Of a stretch of DNA of 64,000 nt, positions 48,972 through 57,136 are shown piece after piece; the stretch's first letter is position 1, and the number at the start of each line of letters is the position of its first letter. Source of the DNA: Candidatus Latescibacterota bacterium (GTDB taxonomy: Bacteria > Latescibacterota > UBA2968 > UBA8231); the NCBI GenBank assembly GCA_965223905.1, contig CBDCXV010000001.1:448001-512000 (forward strand), in the 5' to 3' direction. A program made the translations under genes and the position numbers. A model generated the notes under the pieces. The model had not been told where the DNA came from. It did not search any database and saw only the letters and a program-made list of their open reading frames with translations.

Positions 48972-50936
48972 TCAGGTGGCGCTCGCCGCCTCCGCCGGCT
49001 CCGGGTTCAGCAGCGTCGCGATGTGAACCGCCTGAAACAGCGTCGCCGGCTCCAGCTGCGTTCGCAGGGCCCGCTTCCTCGGCAGCAGCGTCGTTTCACC
49101 AAGCATAGGGGGCGACACCACCACCTCGACGCGGCCGGGGTTGATGTCGAGGTTGCCCCGCGGGCACTTGGGCCAGACCTGGTGAATGCCGCGAAATGCC
49201 AGCGGCACGATCACCGTGTCCTGCGGCAGGTAGGCGAACAGGGCGTGCTGCATCGGCAGGATCTGCAGCGCGAAAGCGGCCACCGTCCCGGCTCCGTATA
49301 CCACTCCCGCACGCTGCTCCAGCAGCTCGGCGAACCGCTGCGTCGGGTTGCCGGTGTCCTTGCTGCGGCGCAGGATGACGTAGCCGTCCACTTCTTCGCT
49401 CAAGGTGTCGATGCGCTCCGGGCCGATGCCGATCAGCGAAAACTCCCTTCCCCCGATCCGGACCGCGGTGGCGTCGAGCAGCCGCTCCCGCGACAGAATG
49501 GTGCACGGCCGCGGCCTTTCCCATCCCATTGCCCGGCACAGCTGCGGCGACTGCAGGACGCAGTACATCACCGGGTGGTCGAGCAGGCTGAGATGGGTCG
49601 GCAGGAAGGCGACCTTGCGAGCCCCCGGCTCTCCCAGGCGCAACTCGCGGGCCATCTCCTCGAACAGCGGGTCGACGATCACATCCAGCTCGATGCCGAA
49701 CAGGTCGAGCACCTTGTCGCCCATGTCGAGCATGCTCTTCCACGCCTCCTCGATGCGCATCTGCTCCGGGACCTCGGGGCGCCAGAGCTTCATCTTGATC
49801 CTGCGTGTCTTGCGGAAGAGCCGCAGCCACGCCAGCAGCCGCGCGCGGCGTTTCCAGGAGGAGATCGTCTGCTTCTTTCCGACGCCGGGGTGCTCGAGGA
49901 AACGTCCTGTCTTGCCGTCGTGGAAAAACAGGGGCACCTCCACCGGGGGAATCTCCTCCCCGCCGCGGGCGCGCTTGAGCAGGGCGTTCGCCTTGGGGAT
50001 CAGGGCGGTAACCAGGTCGATCATGTCCCGCGTGAGATAGCTGTACTGCTGGCCGTACCAGTATTCGCGCGGCCGGATCTGGGCCGGATCCTCGAGGTGG
50101 GCCTTGAGGAACTCCAGCAGCATCCCCTGCGCCAGGCGCACGTGCAGCTCGAGCTTCTCCAGCCAGCGGCGCCGGATCTTGCCCCGCAACTGCGAGACGA
50201 GAAGGTCGAGGTCGGTGACCGCCTTCCATATGGAGATCCCGAACCAGATGAAGTTGCTGAAGGTGTTGAAGCGGACGGCGAGGTGCTCGCCGGCGGCGAG
50301 CATGTCGACCACGGCTTCGGCAATGCCGGTGAGAAGGTCGCGCAGCGTCCCCGTACGCCGTTCTCCCGAGGCGGTGGTGCAGGAGTACTCCTCGGCCCAG
50401 CGGGGATCGCCGGGGTCGGCGTTGCGGTGCACTCTTTCCGCGACCGAGCTCGCCAGCGCCAGGGGAGCGCGGGCGACGCGGAACTCGACGAGAGCCGCCT
50501 CTCCCGCGTCGAGGGGTACCGGGTCTTCGCGGCGCAGTGCTTCGAGGTAGACGGCCTGATAGAGCTGCAGGAAGTCGCGCTCGTCGCCGGCGCCCCGTTC
50601 CCGGAACTGGTGCTGGACCTGGGCGAAGAGGCGGTTGCTTTCGTGGTAGGCGGGAAGCCTTTCGCCGTAGCGTTCGTACGCTTCACCGAGGCGGCTGTCG
50701 CGGCGGGAGGGCGTGCCGTCGTAGATCTCGGCGATGAGAACGGCGCGTCTGGCGAGGGCCTCGGTGCCGGGCACCTGCCCCGGACCCGGGCTGCAGGGCC
50801 ATGCGACATCTTCGGGATTCCAGCCGGCGAAGTGGCCGTCGGCGCGGGCCACGCGCAGAAGCTCCTGCGCGGCTTCGTCGTACCTGGAGAGGATCTCCTC
50901 GAGATTTTCGCTGACTTGGGCGAGGGCTTCCTTCAC
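48972..50936 (-). CDS. Unknown N-terminal region fused to a PlsC-like acyltransferase domain
   Basis: PTHLSLLD (HxxxxD), VIVPLAFRG, PGRVEV in C-terminal third; GC3-rich coding signal throughout. Confidence 0.65.
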   Translation of the reverse strand: MKEALAQVSENLEEILSRYDEAAQELLRVARADGHFAGWNPEDVAWPCSPGPGQVPGTEALARRAVLIAEIYDGTPSRRDSRLGEAYERYGERLPAYHESNRLFAQVQHQFRERGAGDERDFLQLYQAVYLEALRREDPVPLDAGEAALVEFRVARAPLALASSVAERVHRNADPGDPRWAEEYSCTTASGERRTGTLRDLLTGIAEAVVDMLAAGEHLAVRFNTFSNFIWFGISIWKAVTDLDLLVSQLRGKIRRRWLEKLELHVRLAQGMLLEFLKAHLEDPAQIRPREYWYGQQYSYLTRDMIDLVTALIPKANALLKRARGGEEIPPVEVPLFFHDGKTGRFLEHPGVGKKQTISSWKRRARLLAWLRLFRKTRRIKMKLWRPEVPEQMRIEEAWKSMLDMGDKVLDLFGIELDVIVDPLFEEMARELRLGEPGARKVAFLPTHLSLLDHPVMYCVLQSPQLCRAMGWERPRPCTILSRERLLDATAVRIGGREFSLIGIGPERIDTLSEEVDGYVILRRSKDTGNPTQRFAELLEQRAGVVYGAGTVAAFALQILPMQHALFAYLPQDTVIVPLAFRGIHQVWPKCPRGNLDINPGRVEVVVSPPMLGETTLLPRKRALRTQLEPATLFQAVHIATLLNPEPAEAASAT

Positions 50937-51004
50937 GCCGCCAAGATAAGCCAGGGCCGTACAGGGCTACAAATGCCAACCTGTCGCGGAGGTGCGTCCC
51001 GGAA

Positions 51005-52084
51005 TCAGGGCTTGAGGGCGCGAATGACGCGGGTGCCGTCCGTGAGCTCGCGCAGCTCGGGATCGGCGAAGCCGGCCTGGCGCAGCCAGTCGCCGTGCTC
51101 TTCCTCGGTGTACGAGCGCCCTTCCTCGTAGATGTTGAGGAAGACGAGGTTGAACAGCGCTCCTTTGGCAGGTGTCGTACGGCCGTCGTCGAGGATGCCG
51201 GCGCCGATGACGTAGAGGGCGCCTCCCGAGCGCAGGAGCCCGGCAGCGCGGCCGACGACCCGGGACGCCTGTCCGGGGTCCAACACCTGCAGGAAGGAGA
51301 CCATCAGCACCGCGTCGAAGGAGCCGGGGGCCAGCCGGGAGCGGTCGGGTTCCGGCATCGCCACCCGGCCGGCAGTGAGGTCCGCGGGGACGATTTCGAT
51401 TCTCTCCGCGGCCGGGGATTGCGAGACGAAGTCTCTGGTCACCTCGGCGACGTCGGGCAGCTCCACCGCGGTGGCATGGAGTTCGGGCAGTTCCTCGGCG
51501 AGGCCGATGAGGAGACCTCCCGAACCGCTGCCGATATCGGCGACGCGGCCGCAGCCGCCGAGCCACTCGCTGCCCGCCAGCTCGCGTCCTCGCTGGAGAG
51601 CGGCGGAATGCAGTCCCCCGAGAAAGGTGGTCAGCTCCTCTCGGGGCATGGCGGCGAAATCCTTCTCTGCAAGCGGCCGGCCAGCCCGGATCGAATCCGC
51701 GCTTTTCAGGGCGGCGTCCCAGAGGATGGCGAGCAGCTCCTGGTGGCCGGCGAGGTACCCCGCTTTTCCCGGCACGAGGAAGCGGCTGGCCTCGGGGCTG
51801 TTGCGGAAGCGGGGCTCACTTTCGTCCGGCATCCCGGGCGCGGCCGGTTTTTCGATGGCGAGCAACTCGACCGCAGCCAGGGCGTACAGCAGCTGGCCCA
51901 GGCGCCGGCTGTCGGCGCCGAGCCGATCCCCCAGTTCGGCCGCGGTGGCAGGACCGTTTTCCAGCAGTGCGAAAAGGTCGAGCCGCAACCCCGCCAAAAG
52001 CGCGAAGGAGGGCAGGATCTCGAGCAGCTTCTCGAGCCGTTCGCTGCCGGCTGCGTCTGTCGGAACCTTCTGGTATCTGGACAT
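51005..52084 (-). CDS. SAM-dependent O-methyltransferase with dimerisation domain
   Basis: LDLF..L..GP, FRNSP..SRFL, ADIGSGSG, RSYTEEE. Confidence 0.9.
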   Translation of the reverse strand: MSRYQKVPTDAAGSERLEKLLEILPSFALLAGLRLDLFALLENGPATAAELGDRLGADSRRLGQLLYALAAVELLAIEKPAAPGMPDESEPRFRNSPEASRFLVPGKAGYLAGHQELLAILWDAALKSADSIRAGRPLAEKDFAAMPREELTTFLGGLHSAALQRGRELAGSEWLGGCGRVADIGSGSGGLLIGLAEELPELHATAVELPDVAEVTRDFVSQSPAAERIEIVPADLTAGRVAMPEPDRSRLAPGSFDAVLMVSFLQVLDPGQASRVVGRAAGLLRSGGALYVIGAGILDDGRTTPAKGALFNLVFLNIYEEGRSYTEEEHGDWLRQAGFADPELRELTDGTRVIRALKP

Positions 52085-52131
52085 GGGGTCGAGTGGTATT
52101 TAGCGGCAAGTCCCGGGTAGGAAAGCGGCTG

Positions 52132-52500
52132 TTATTCCCCCTGTGAATTGGCGGGCCGCTCGGCGATTTCCAGGGTGTTGCCGTCCGGGTCGCAGACGAG
52201 GATGTCGCGCAGGCCCCAGGCCTGAAGCCTCGGCGGCTGTTTCACCGTGACCCCGGCGGCAAGGCAGCGTTCGTAAAGCCGATCGACCGAGTCGACGGAC
52301 ATGTGGCAATGCCCGTAGCCGGCGGCCTCCGGGTCGAGGCCGATATGCATGTCGACGCCGTCCCGGTGGAGGATGGCGAAACAGACCGGATCGCCGTTGG
52401 TAAAGGTCACCGCGAAACCGAGGGTGCCGGTCCAGAACTCCAGCGCCCGCTTCATGTCGCTGACGTGAAGGCCGGGGACTGCTCGGTGAAAGGTCGTCAT
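52132..52500 (-). CDS. VOC/glyoxalase/bleomycin resistance family protein
   Basis: LHVSDMKRALEFW..LGF, WGLR...DPDGN. Confidence 0.9.
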   Translation of the reverse strand: MTTFHRAVPGLHVSDMKRALEFWTGTLGFAVTFTNGDPVCFAILHRDGVDMHIGLDPEAAGYGHCHMSVDSVDRLYERCLAAGVTVKQPPRLQAWGLRDILVCDPDGNTLEIAERPANSQGE

Positions 52501-52809
52501 GGCTTTTTTCGGTGGAGAACAGCGAAAAGCATCCCGCCGGGGGATTTCCGCTGAAGGGCACCTTTCCGGCAAGAAGGCCGGGGTGTGAACGGAGCAGCGC
52601 AATGGGCCCCTGCTTTTCGAGCAGGCGCCGCTTTGGCCGAGTTTCCGAATTCCTGTGAAAGGTGCCGGCAATTGCGGCAAAAGGTCAATCGGCAGCTTGT
52701 CGACCTCGCGAGAGTGGTTCGCCCCGTCCTCGAAGCGCCGCCGGCGCGGCGCGAAATCCCGCGAGAGAGATTCGGTCGCGGCGGCATGCACAAATGGAGC
52801 CGGCTCAGG

Positions 52810-52847
52810 AAAAAACAGGGCCGGCCCCCGGAATGGGAGCCGGCCCT
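52810..52847 (-). terminator. Rho-independent terminator after the small-ORF pair
   Basis: Minus strand AGGGCCGGC...GCCGGCCCT stem followed by GTTTTTT. Confidence 0.75.
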
Positions 52848-52925
52848 TGTCGTTCCGGGAGGGACTCGAACGGATGCAGCCGGAGTTTCCGGATAAGCTT
52901 GTCGCAGGCTGCTATCTCTGCAGCG

Positions 52926-53042
52926 CTATCCCGCCTCCAGGGGGCCGTGGATGGCAAGCGTCAGGGACAGGGCCAGCACCCACCAGAACAACCGTTGAAC
53001 TGCAGCCGTCGAGGCGCTCCACATTCGCAATCTGTGAATCAT
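52926..53042 (-). CDS. Putative small hydrophobic protein (38 aa)
   Basis: AAAGGAG RBS 6 nt before ATG; MIHRLRMWSASTAAVQRLFWWVLALSLTLAIHGPLEAG. Confidence 0.5.
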   Translation of the reverse strand: MIHRLRMWSASTAAVQRLFWWVLALSLTLAIHGPLEAG

Positions 53043-53154
53043 CGCAATCTCCTTTTCATCGCATGGTCGGGTCGACGGAGACAATTGGATCCGTCCCCTC
53101 GGCAGGTTCTTCACGCCTTTCACGAGACCTGTGCCTCGACCGTTGCCGCGCCGC

Positions 53155-53238
53155 TCAGGTGACGAGCGGAGCGACGATGAACACGAAGAGGCTGACGAGT
53201 CCGTACATCAGGCCCTGGTTCAACAGCTCGCGTCGCAT
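53155..53238 (-). CDS. Putative small single-TM protein (27 aa)
   Basis: AAAGGAGG RBS 7 nt before ATG; MRRELLNQGLMYGLVSLFVFIVAPLVT. Confidence 0.6.
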   Translation of the reverse strand: MRRELLNQGLMYGLVSLFVFIVAPLVT

Positions 53239-53324
53239 GGGCATGCCTCCTTTCGGGTTTGAGGTTGCCTTCGATTCCTGAATCAGTATCTCTGCTGCTT
53301 CTCGCGCCTGGCGGTGCCGGCACG

Positions 53325-53357
53325 AAAAAGCCGCAGACACTCCAGGTGTCTGCGGCT
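53325..53357 (-). terminator. Intrinsic terminator/attenuator inside the leader
   Basis: Perfect 12-bp stem AGCCGCAGACAC/GTGTCTGCGGCT, 5-nt loop, then a T run. Confidence 0.8.
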
Positions 53358-53564
53358 CGTCCCGCCGGACAGGGACCCGTGAGGGGCCGGTCCGGTCATT
53401 TGCAGGGTCGTCGGCTCCGCCGGGCCGCACTCGCACACACCTTCATTTTTTCTCGAAGGAGAACTGGCTGAGTGCGATCGGCAGCGTTCTTATCTCAGCT
53501 CGTTCCTTCGGTTGTCAACAGATAAGCCATGCGTTCCTCGAGTCTTTGCATGGTGAACAGTTGC
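53325..53564 (-). ncRNA. Candidate sigma54-dependent sRNA or structured leader RNA (~240 nt)
   Basis: Bounded by a sigma54 promoter and an intrinsic terminator; alternative helices present; no convincing long ORF. Confidence 0.45.
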
Positions 53565-53575
53565 ACCAACCAATT

Positions 53576-53591
53576 CGCAACATTTGTGCCA
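53576..53591 (-). promoter_or_regulatory. Sigma54 (-24/-12) promoter
   Basis: Minus strand TGGCAC-AAATG-TTGCG matches TGGCAC-N5-TTGC. Confidence 0.75.
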
Positions 53592-53660
53592 GTTGCCGGA
53601 CGCAGAGGGTAACTCCCTGTGCGGGAAGCGGATGGCTTGTGAAGCGTTCCGCCGGGCTGG

Positions 53661-53714
53661 TGCAACGGGGGCAATTTCTGCAGCTATTGCAGGGGGTGCG
53701 CTGCAACAATTGCC
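53661..53714. promoter_or_regulatory. Putative enhancer (bEBP binding) boxes
   Basis: TGCA-like half-sites every 9 bp (53661, 53670, 53679, 53688, 53697) plus TGCAACAATTGCC at 53702; 70-120 bp upstream of the -24 element. Confidence 0.45.
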
Positions 53715-53922
53715 TCGCTGCCACCAAGTCCTCGGGACCGGCAGCAAGGGACTTGGCGCCGCGGACGGTCGTTTGCTCGCGGGTTATGTGCTGCCAGGGC
53801 GGGTAAGGATCTCGTGAGGTCACGTTTCTGCCGCTATCGCGGGAGTTTTATCTTTGGCCCTTGAAAGGCGGCCGATTGCCGCCGTTGAAATGCACGAAAA
53901 AAGCAGACGCGGAGGTGAGTTG

Positions 53923-54969
53923 TTGGGAAAACGCAGCTTCGTCAGCGACAACAACGCCGGCATTCACCCGGAGGTGCTGCAGGCGATGATCGACGCCAAC
54001 GTCGGTCACGAGGTGGGGTACGGTGAGGATCCGTACACGGAAAGGGCGGTCCAGGCCTTTCGCGACCACTTCGGGGAGGAGACCGAGGTGTTTCTGGTAT
54101 TCAACGGAACCGCTGCCAACGTCGTCAGCACCGGCGGTGTCTGCACCCCGTACCAGGCGCTGATTTGCGGCGACTGCTCCCATATCCACGTCTCCGAAAG
54201 CGGCGCCGTCGAGCGCTTTGTCGGATGCCGCGTTTATCCCGCCCCCACCGTCGACGGCAAGTTGACGGTCGACGCCATAGAGCCGCTGACCCGCGAGGAG
54301 ATTCCCGGACACAGCAGCCAGCCGCGTCTCCTTTCGATCACGCAGGCGACGGAGATGGGCACGGTATACACCGTTGAGGAGACGCGGTCGCTCGCGGACT
54401 TCGTCCACGAACGGGGGATGCTGCTGCATCTCGACGGGGCGCGTCTCGCCAATGCCGCGGTCGCCCTGGGACTGTCGTTGCGGGCGGTGACCCGGGACGC
54501 CGGGGTCGACATCGTCAGCTTCGGAGGCACCAAGAACGGCATGATGATCGGGGAGGCGGTGCTGTTCTTCGATCCCGGACTGGCGCGGGACTTCGGCTAC
54601 GTGCGCAAGCAGGGGCTGCAGCTGGCGTCTAAGATGCGGTTCATCAGCGCCCAGTTCGAAGCGGTGCTGCGCGGGGATCTGTGGCGCCGCACCGCCGAGC
54701 GCGCAAACCGGATGGCTCAGCTGCTGGCCGCAAAGGTCCGCAACGTGCCGAACCTGAAAATCCTCTATCCCGCCGAGAGCAACGGCGTGTTCGCCGAAAT
54801 CCCCACCCCCTGTGTCGCCGAGCTGCAGAAGGAGTTCTACTTCATCGGCTTCGACCTCAGCGGTCCCACCTGTCAGGTGCGCTGGATGGCTTCTTTCGAC
54901 ACGACCGAGGAGGACGTCGAGCGGTTTGCCGCCGCGGTCGACAGAATCGTCGGCGGCTACGCCGGCTGA
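53923..54969 (+). CDS. Low-specificity L-threonine aldolase family
   Basis: FVSDN, YGEDP, FNGTAAN, HLDGARLANA, GGTKNG, KMRF; GGAGG RBS before TTG. Confidence 0.9.
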   Translation: MGKRSFVSDNNAGIHPEVLQAMIDANVGHEVGYGEDPYTERAVQAFRDHFGEETEVFLVFNGTAANVVSTGGVCTPYQALICGDCSHIHVSESGAVERFVGCRVYPAPTVDGKLTVDAIEPLTREEIPGHSSQPRLLSITQATEMGTVYTVEETRSLADFVHERGMLLHLDGARLANAAVALGLSLRAVTRDAGVDIVSFGGTKNGMMIGEAVLFFDPGLARDFGYVRKQGLQLASKMRFISAQFEAVLRGDLWRRTAERANRMAQLLAAKVRNVPNLKILYPAESNGVFAEIPTPCVAELQKEFYFIGFDLSGPTCQVRWMASFDTTEEDVERFAAAVDRIVGGYAG

Positions 54970-55981
54970 TGCGAGTATTTGCCGCAACCTGCTTCGCCGC
55001 AGCCCTGTGCGGCTGTCAAAGCGCGATCACCGCGGGCAAGGCGTACTACGAGGAAGCGAAGGATTACGACAAGGCCCGCGAGTACCTGGAGCTCGGGATA
55101 AGACAATCGCCCAGAAACCCCGAAGCCCACTTCTGGCTGGGGCAAGTACATGCGGCCCAGGGCAACTATGAGGCCATGGCGGAGGCGTTTGCGCGTTCGC
55201 TCGAGCTGAGCTCGGAATATTACGTCACTATCGCCAGAATGCGGGCCCGCTATTTCACCGAAGAGTACAATCGCGGCATCGGCCTGGTGCGTCACCCCCC
55301 GGCCGACTACGCCGGGGGGGGCGGGTCGCTTTCCGCAACGCCGTAATTATCAATCCGGAATCGAGGGATGCCTTGAGCAACCTCGCGTACGTCTACTACA
55401 GTCTCGACAGTCTCGCCGCCGCCGAGGGAGCGTACCGCGGCATCCTGGAAAGCAATCCCGCGGACGAGGATGCTATACTGAACATCGGCACCGTCTACAT
55501 CGCCATGGGCCGCTACAGCGACGCCTCCGACGCCTTTCGGAGGCTCCTCGACCAGCACCCCTTTCACGACGAGTGAACGCGAAAGCTCGCGGCCCTCTGC
55601 GAGCAGCTCGGCGACCTGGAAGAGGCGGGCGAGCTGTACCGGCAGCTGACGCTGATGGATGCCGCAGATCCGTCGTCGCTCGTAGGCCTGGGGCGGGTCC
55701 AGCGAGCCCTTGGAGAGCCGTCGCTGGCAATCGAGGCCCTCGAATCGGCCCTTGCCATCGACCCGGCGGACGAGGAAGCGCTCTATCACCTGGGGATGGT
55801 GTACGCGGAACAGGGAAACAGCGAAGAGGCGATACCGAGGTTGGAGGTGTTGACGGTCCGCATGCCGGAGAGGGGGGAAGTCTGGGCCGAGCTGTCCAAG
55901 CTGTACGCCGCCAAGGGCTGGAACGAACGGAGCGGGAGGGCCGCAGCCCGTGCGCGGGCCCTGTCCGAAGCGCCCGATTGA
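54969..55981 (+). pseudogene. TPR-repeat lipoprotein, disrupted by a frameshift (G8, 55314-55321) and an in-frame TGA (55574-55576)
   Basis: Lipobox LCGC; TPR repeats continue across three ORF pieces (PRNPEAHFWLG, NPADEDAILNIG, DPADEEALYHLG). Confidence 0.75.
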
Positions 55982-56021
55982 AGGCTTCGGCGGCGGCGGC
56001 CCGGAAACCGGGTGCGGCCGC

Positions 56022-57050
56022 TCAGAAGCCGAGAACCATTGTCCAGAAAGGGGACTTCCCGACCTCGATATCGTCTCCGAACGGCTCCAGGCGGCCGGAC
56101 TCCTGGTCGACGCGGAAGCAGCGCATCTGGTTGGCGGCCTCGCCGGTGCAGTAACAGAAGCCGCCGCCGGGATCGATGTTGAACGAACGCGGGCTCGAGG
56201 GCACGGGGAAGTGGCCGAAGGGGGACAGCCTGCCGTCGCCGCCGATCTCGAATCCGACGATGGAGTCGCCGGGGCCGCGGTTGGAAGCGTAGAGCCACCT
56301 GCCGTTGGGGTGGACTTCGACGTGGGCGCAGTGACTGGTCTCGGCGTAACCGTCCGGCAGGGTCGACACAGTCTGGAAGATCTCCAGCGTTCCCCCATCC
56401 GCGTCGTAGCGCTGAGCGGTGACGCTGTTCCCCTGCTCGTTGACGGTGTAGACGACGTCGCCCCCGGGGCCGAAGCACATGTGGCGCGGTCCGGTGATGT
56501 CGTCCGGCGGCGTCACTTCGGCCGGGTCGTTCGCCGTCAGCTCTCCCGAACTGCTCTCGAAGCGGAATTGGGAGGTCTTGTTGTTGGGACAGACGTGGGG
56601 GATGAACACGAACCGCTCCGTCGGATCGATCAGCACGGCGTGGGCTTTCTCCCCGGTGTCGACCCGCTGTGCCAGGTCACCGATGGAGCCGTCGTCTGCG
56701 ATTGCGTGCACGGTCACCCCGCCTCCGGTGTAGTACCCGGCGATCAGAAAACGGCCGCCTCCGCAGGCGACCGCGAGACAGGGAGTGGCGTGGCCTGTCG
56801 CCACCTTGTTGATATGCTCCAGGGCTCCGGTGGTCCTGTCCAGGCGGTAGCTCGACAGCTCCGTCGAGCCGACGTGGGCCCCGTAGACGCGGTCACCGGA
56901 GGGCCCCAGGGTCAGGGCGCCGATCGGTCCGTGCGCGGGGCTGACCCCGGCCAGTTTCAGGGCGCCGCTGCCGGCGTCCATCGAATACGTTCTGATCTCC
57001 TCGTCGCCGGTGAGAGCGACAAATACGAAAAACCGGGAGGCGTCCGTCAT
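56022..57050 (-). CDS. Lactonase family 7-bladed propeller (6-phosphogluconolactonase-like)
   Basis: AHAVLIDP, GPRHM, VNE, LYASNRG, PRSFNIDP. Confidence 0.9.
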   Translation of the reverse strand: MTDASRFFVFVALTGDEEIRTYSMDAGSGALKLAGVSPAHGPIGALTLGPSGDRVYGAHVGSTELSSYRLDRTTGALEHINKVATGHATPCLAVACGGGRFLIAGYYTGGGVTVHAIADDGSIGDLAQRVDTGEKAHAVLIDPTERFVFIPHVCPNNKTSQFRFESSSGELTANDPAEVTPPDDITGPRHMCFGPGGDVVYTVNEQGNSVTAQRYDADGGTLEIFQTVSTLPDGYAETSHCAHVEVHPNGRWLYASNRGPGDSIVGFEIGGDGRLSPFGHFPVPSSPRSFNIDPGGGFCYCTGEAANQMRCFRVDQESGRLEPFGDDIEVGKSPFWTMVLGF

Positions 57051-57136
57051 TTTCCTTGCTCTTCTGTGGAGGTTTGGACCTGCCGCCGGCTCAACGCCGG
57101 GTGCTCGGAGGAAAGGTAGCGAGATCCGGCGGACTC

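Noticed and set aside
52855-52875. tRNA T-arm-like GTTCGAGTCCC on the minus strand
   Set aside because: Flanks do not form a T-stem or cloverleaf; no CCA end
53490-53565. Glutamine (glnA) riboswitch suggested by GAGGAACGC/GAAGGAACG
   Set aside because: Lacks the GGAAGTA element and the three-stem junction
55574-55576. Selenocysteine or recoded TGA
   Set aside because: Not a redox motif position, no SECIS evident, and TGA is a normal stop elsewhere in the window
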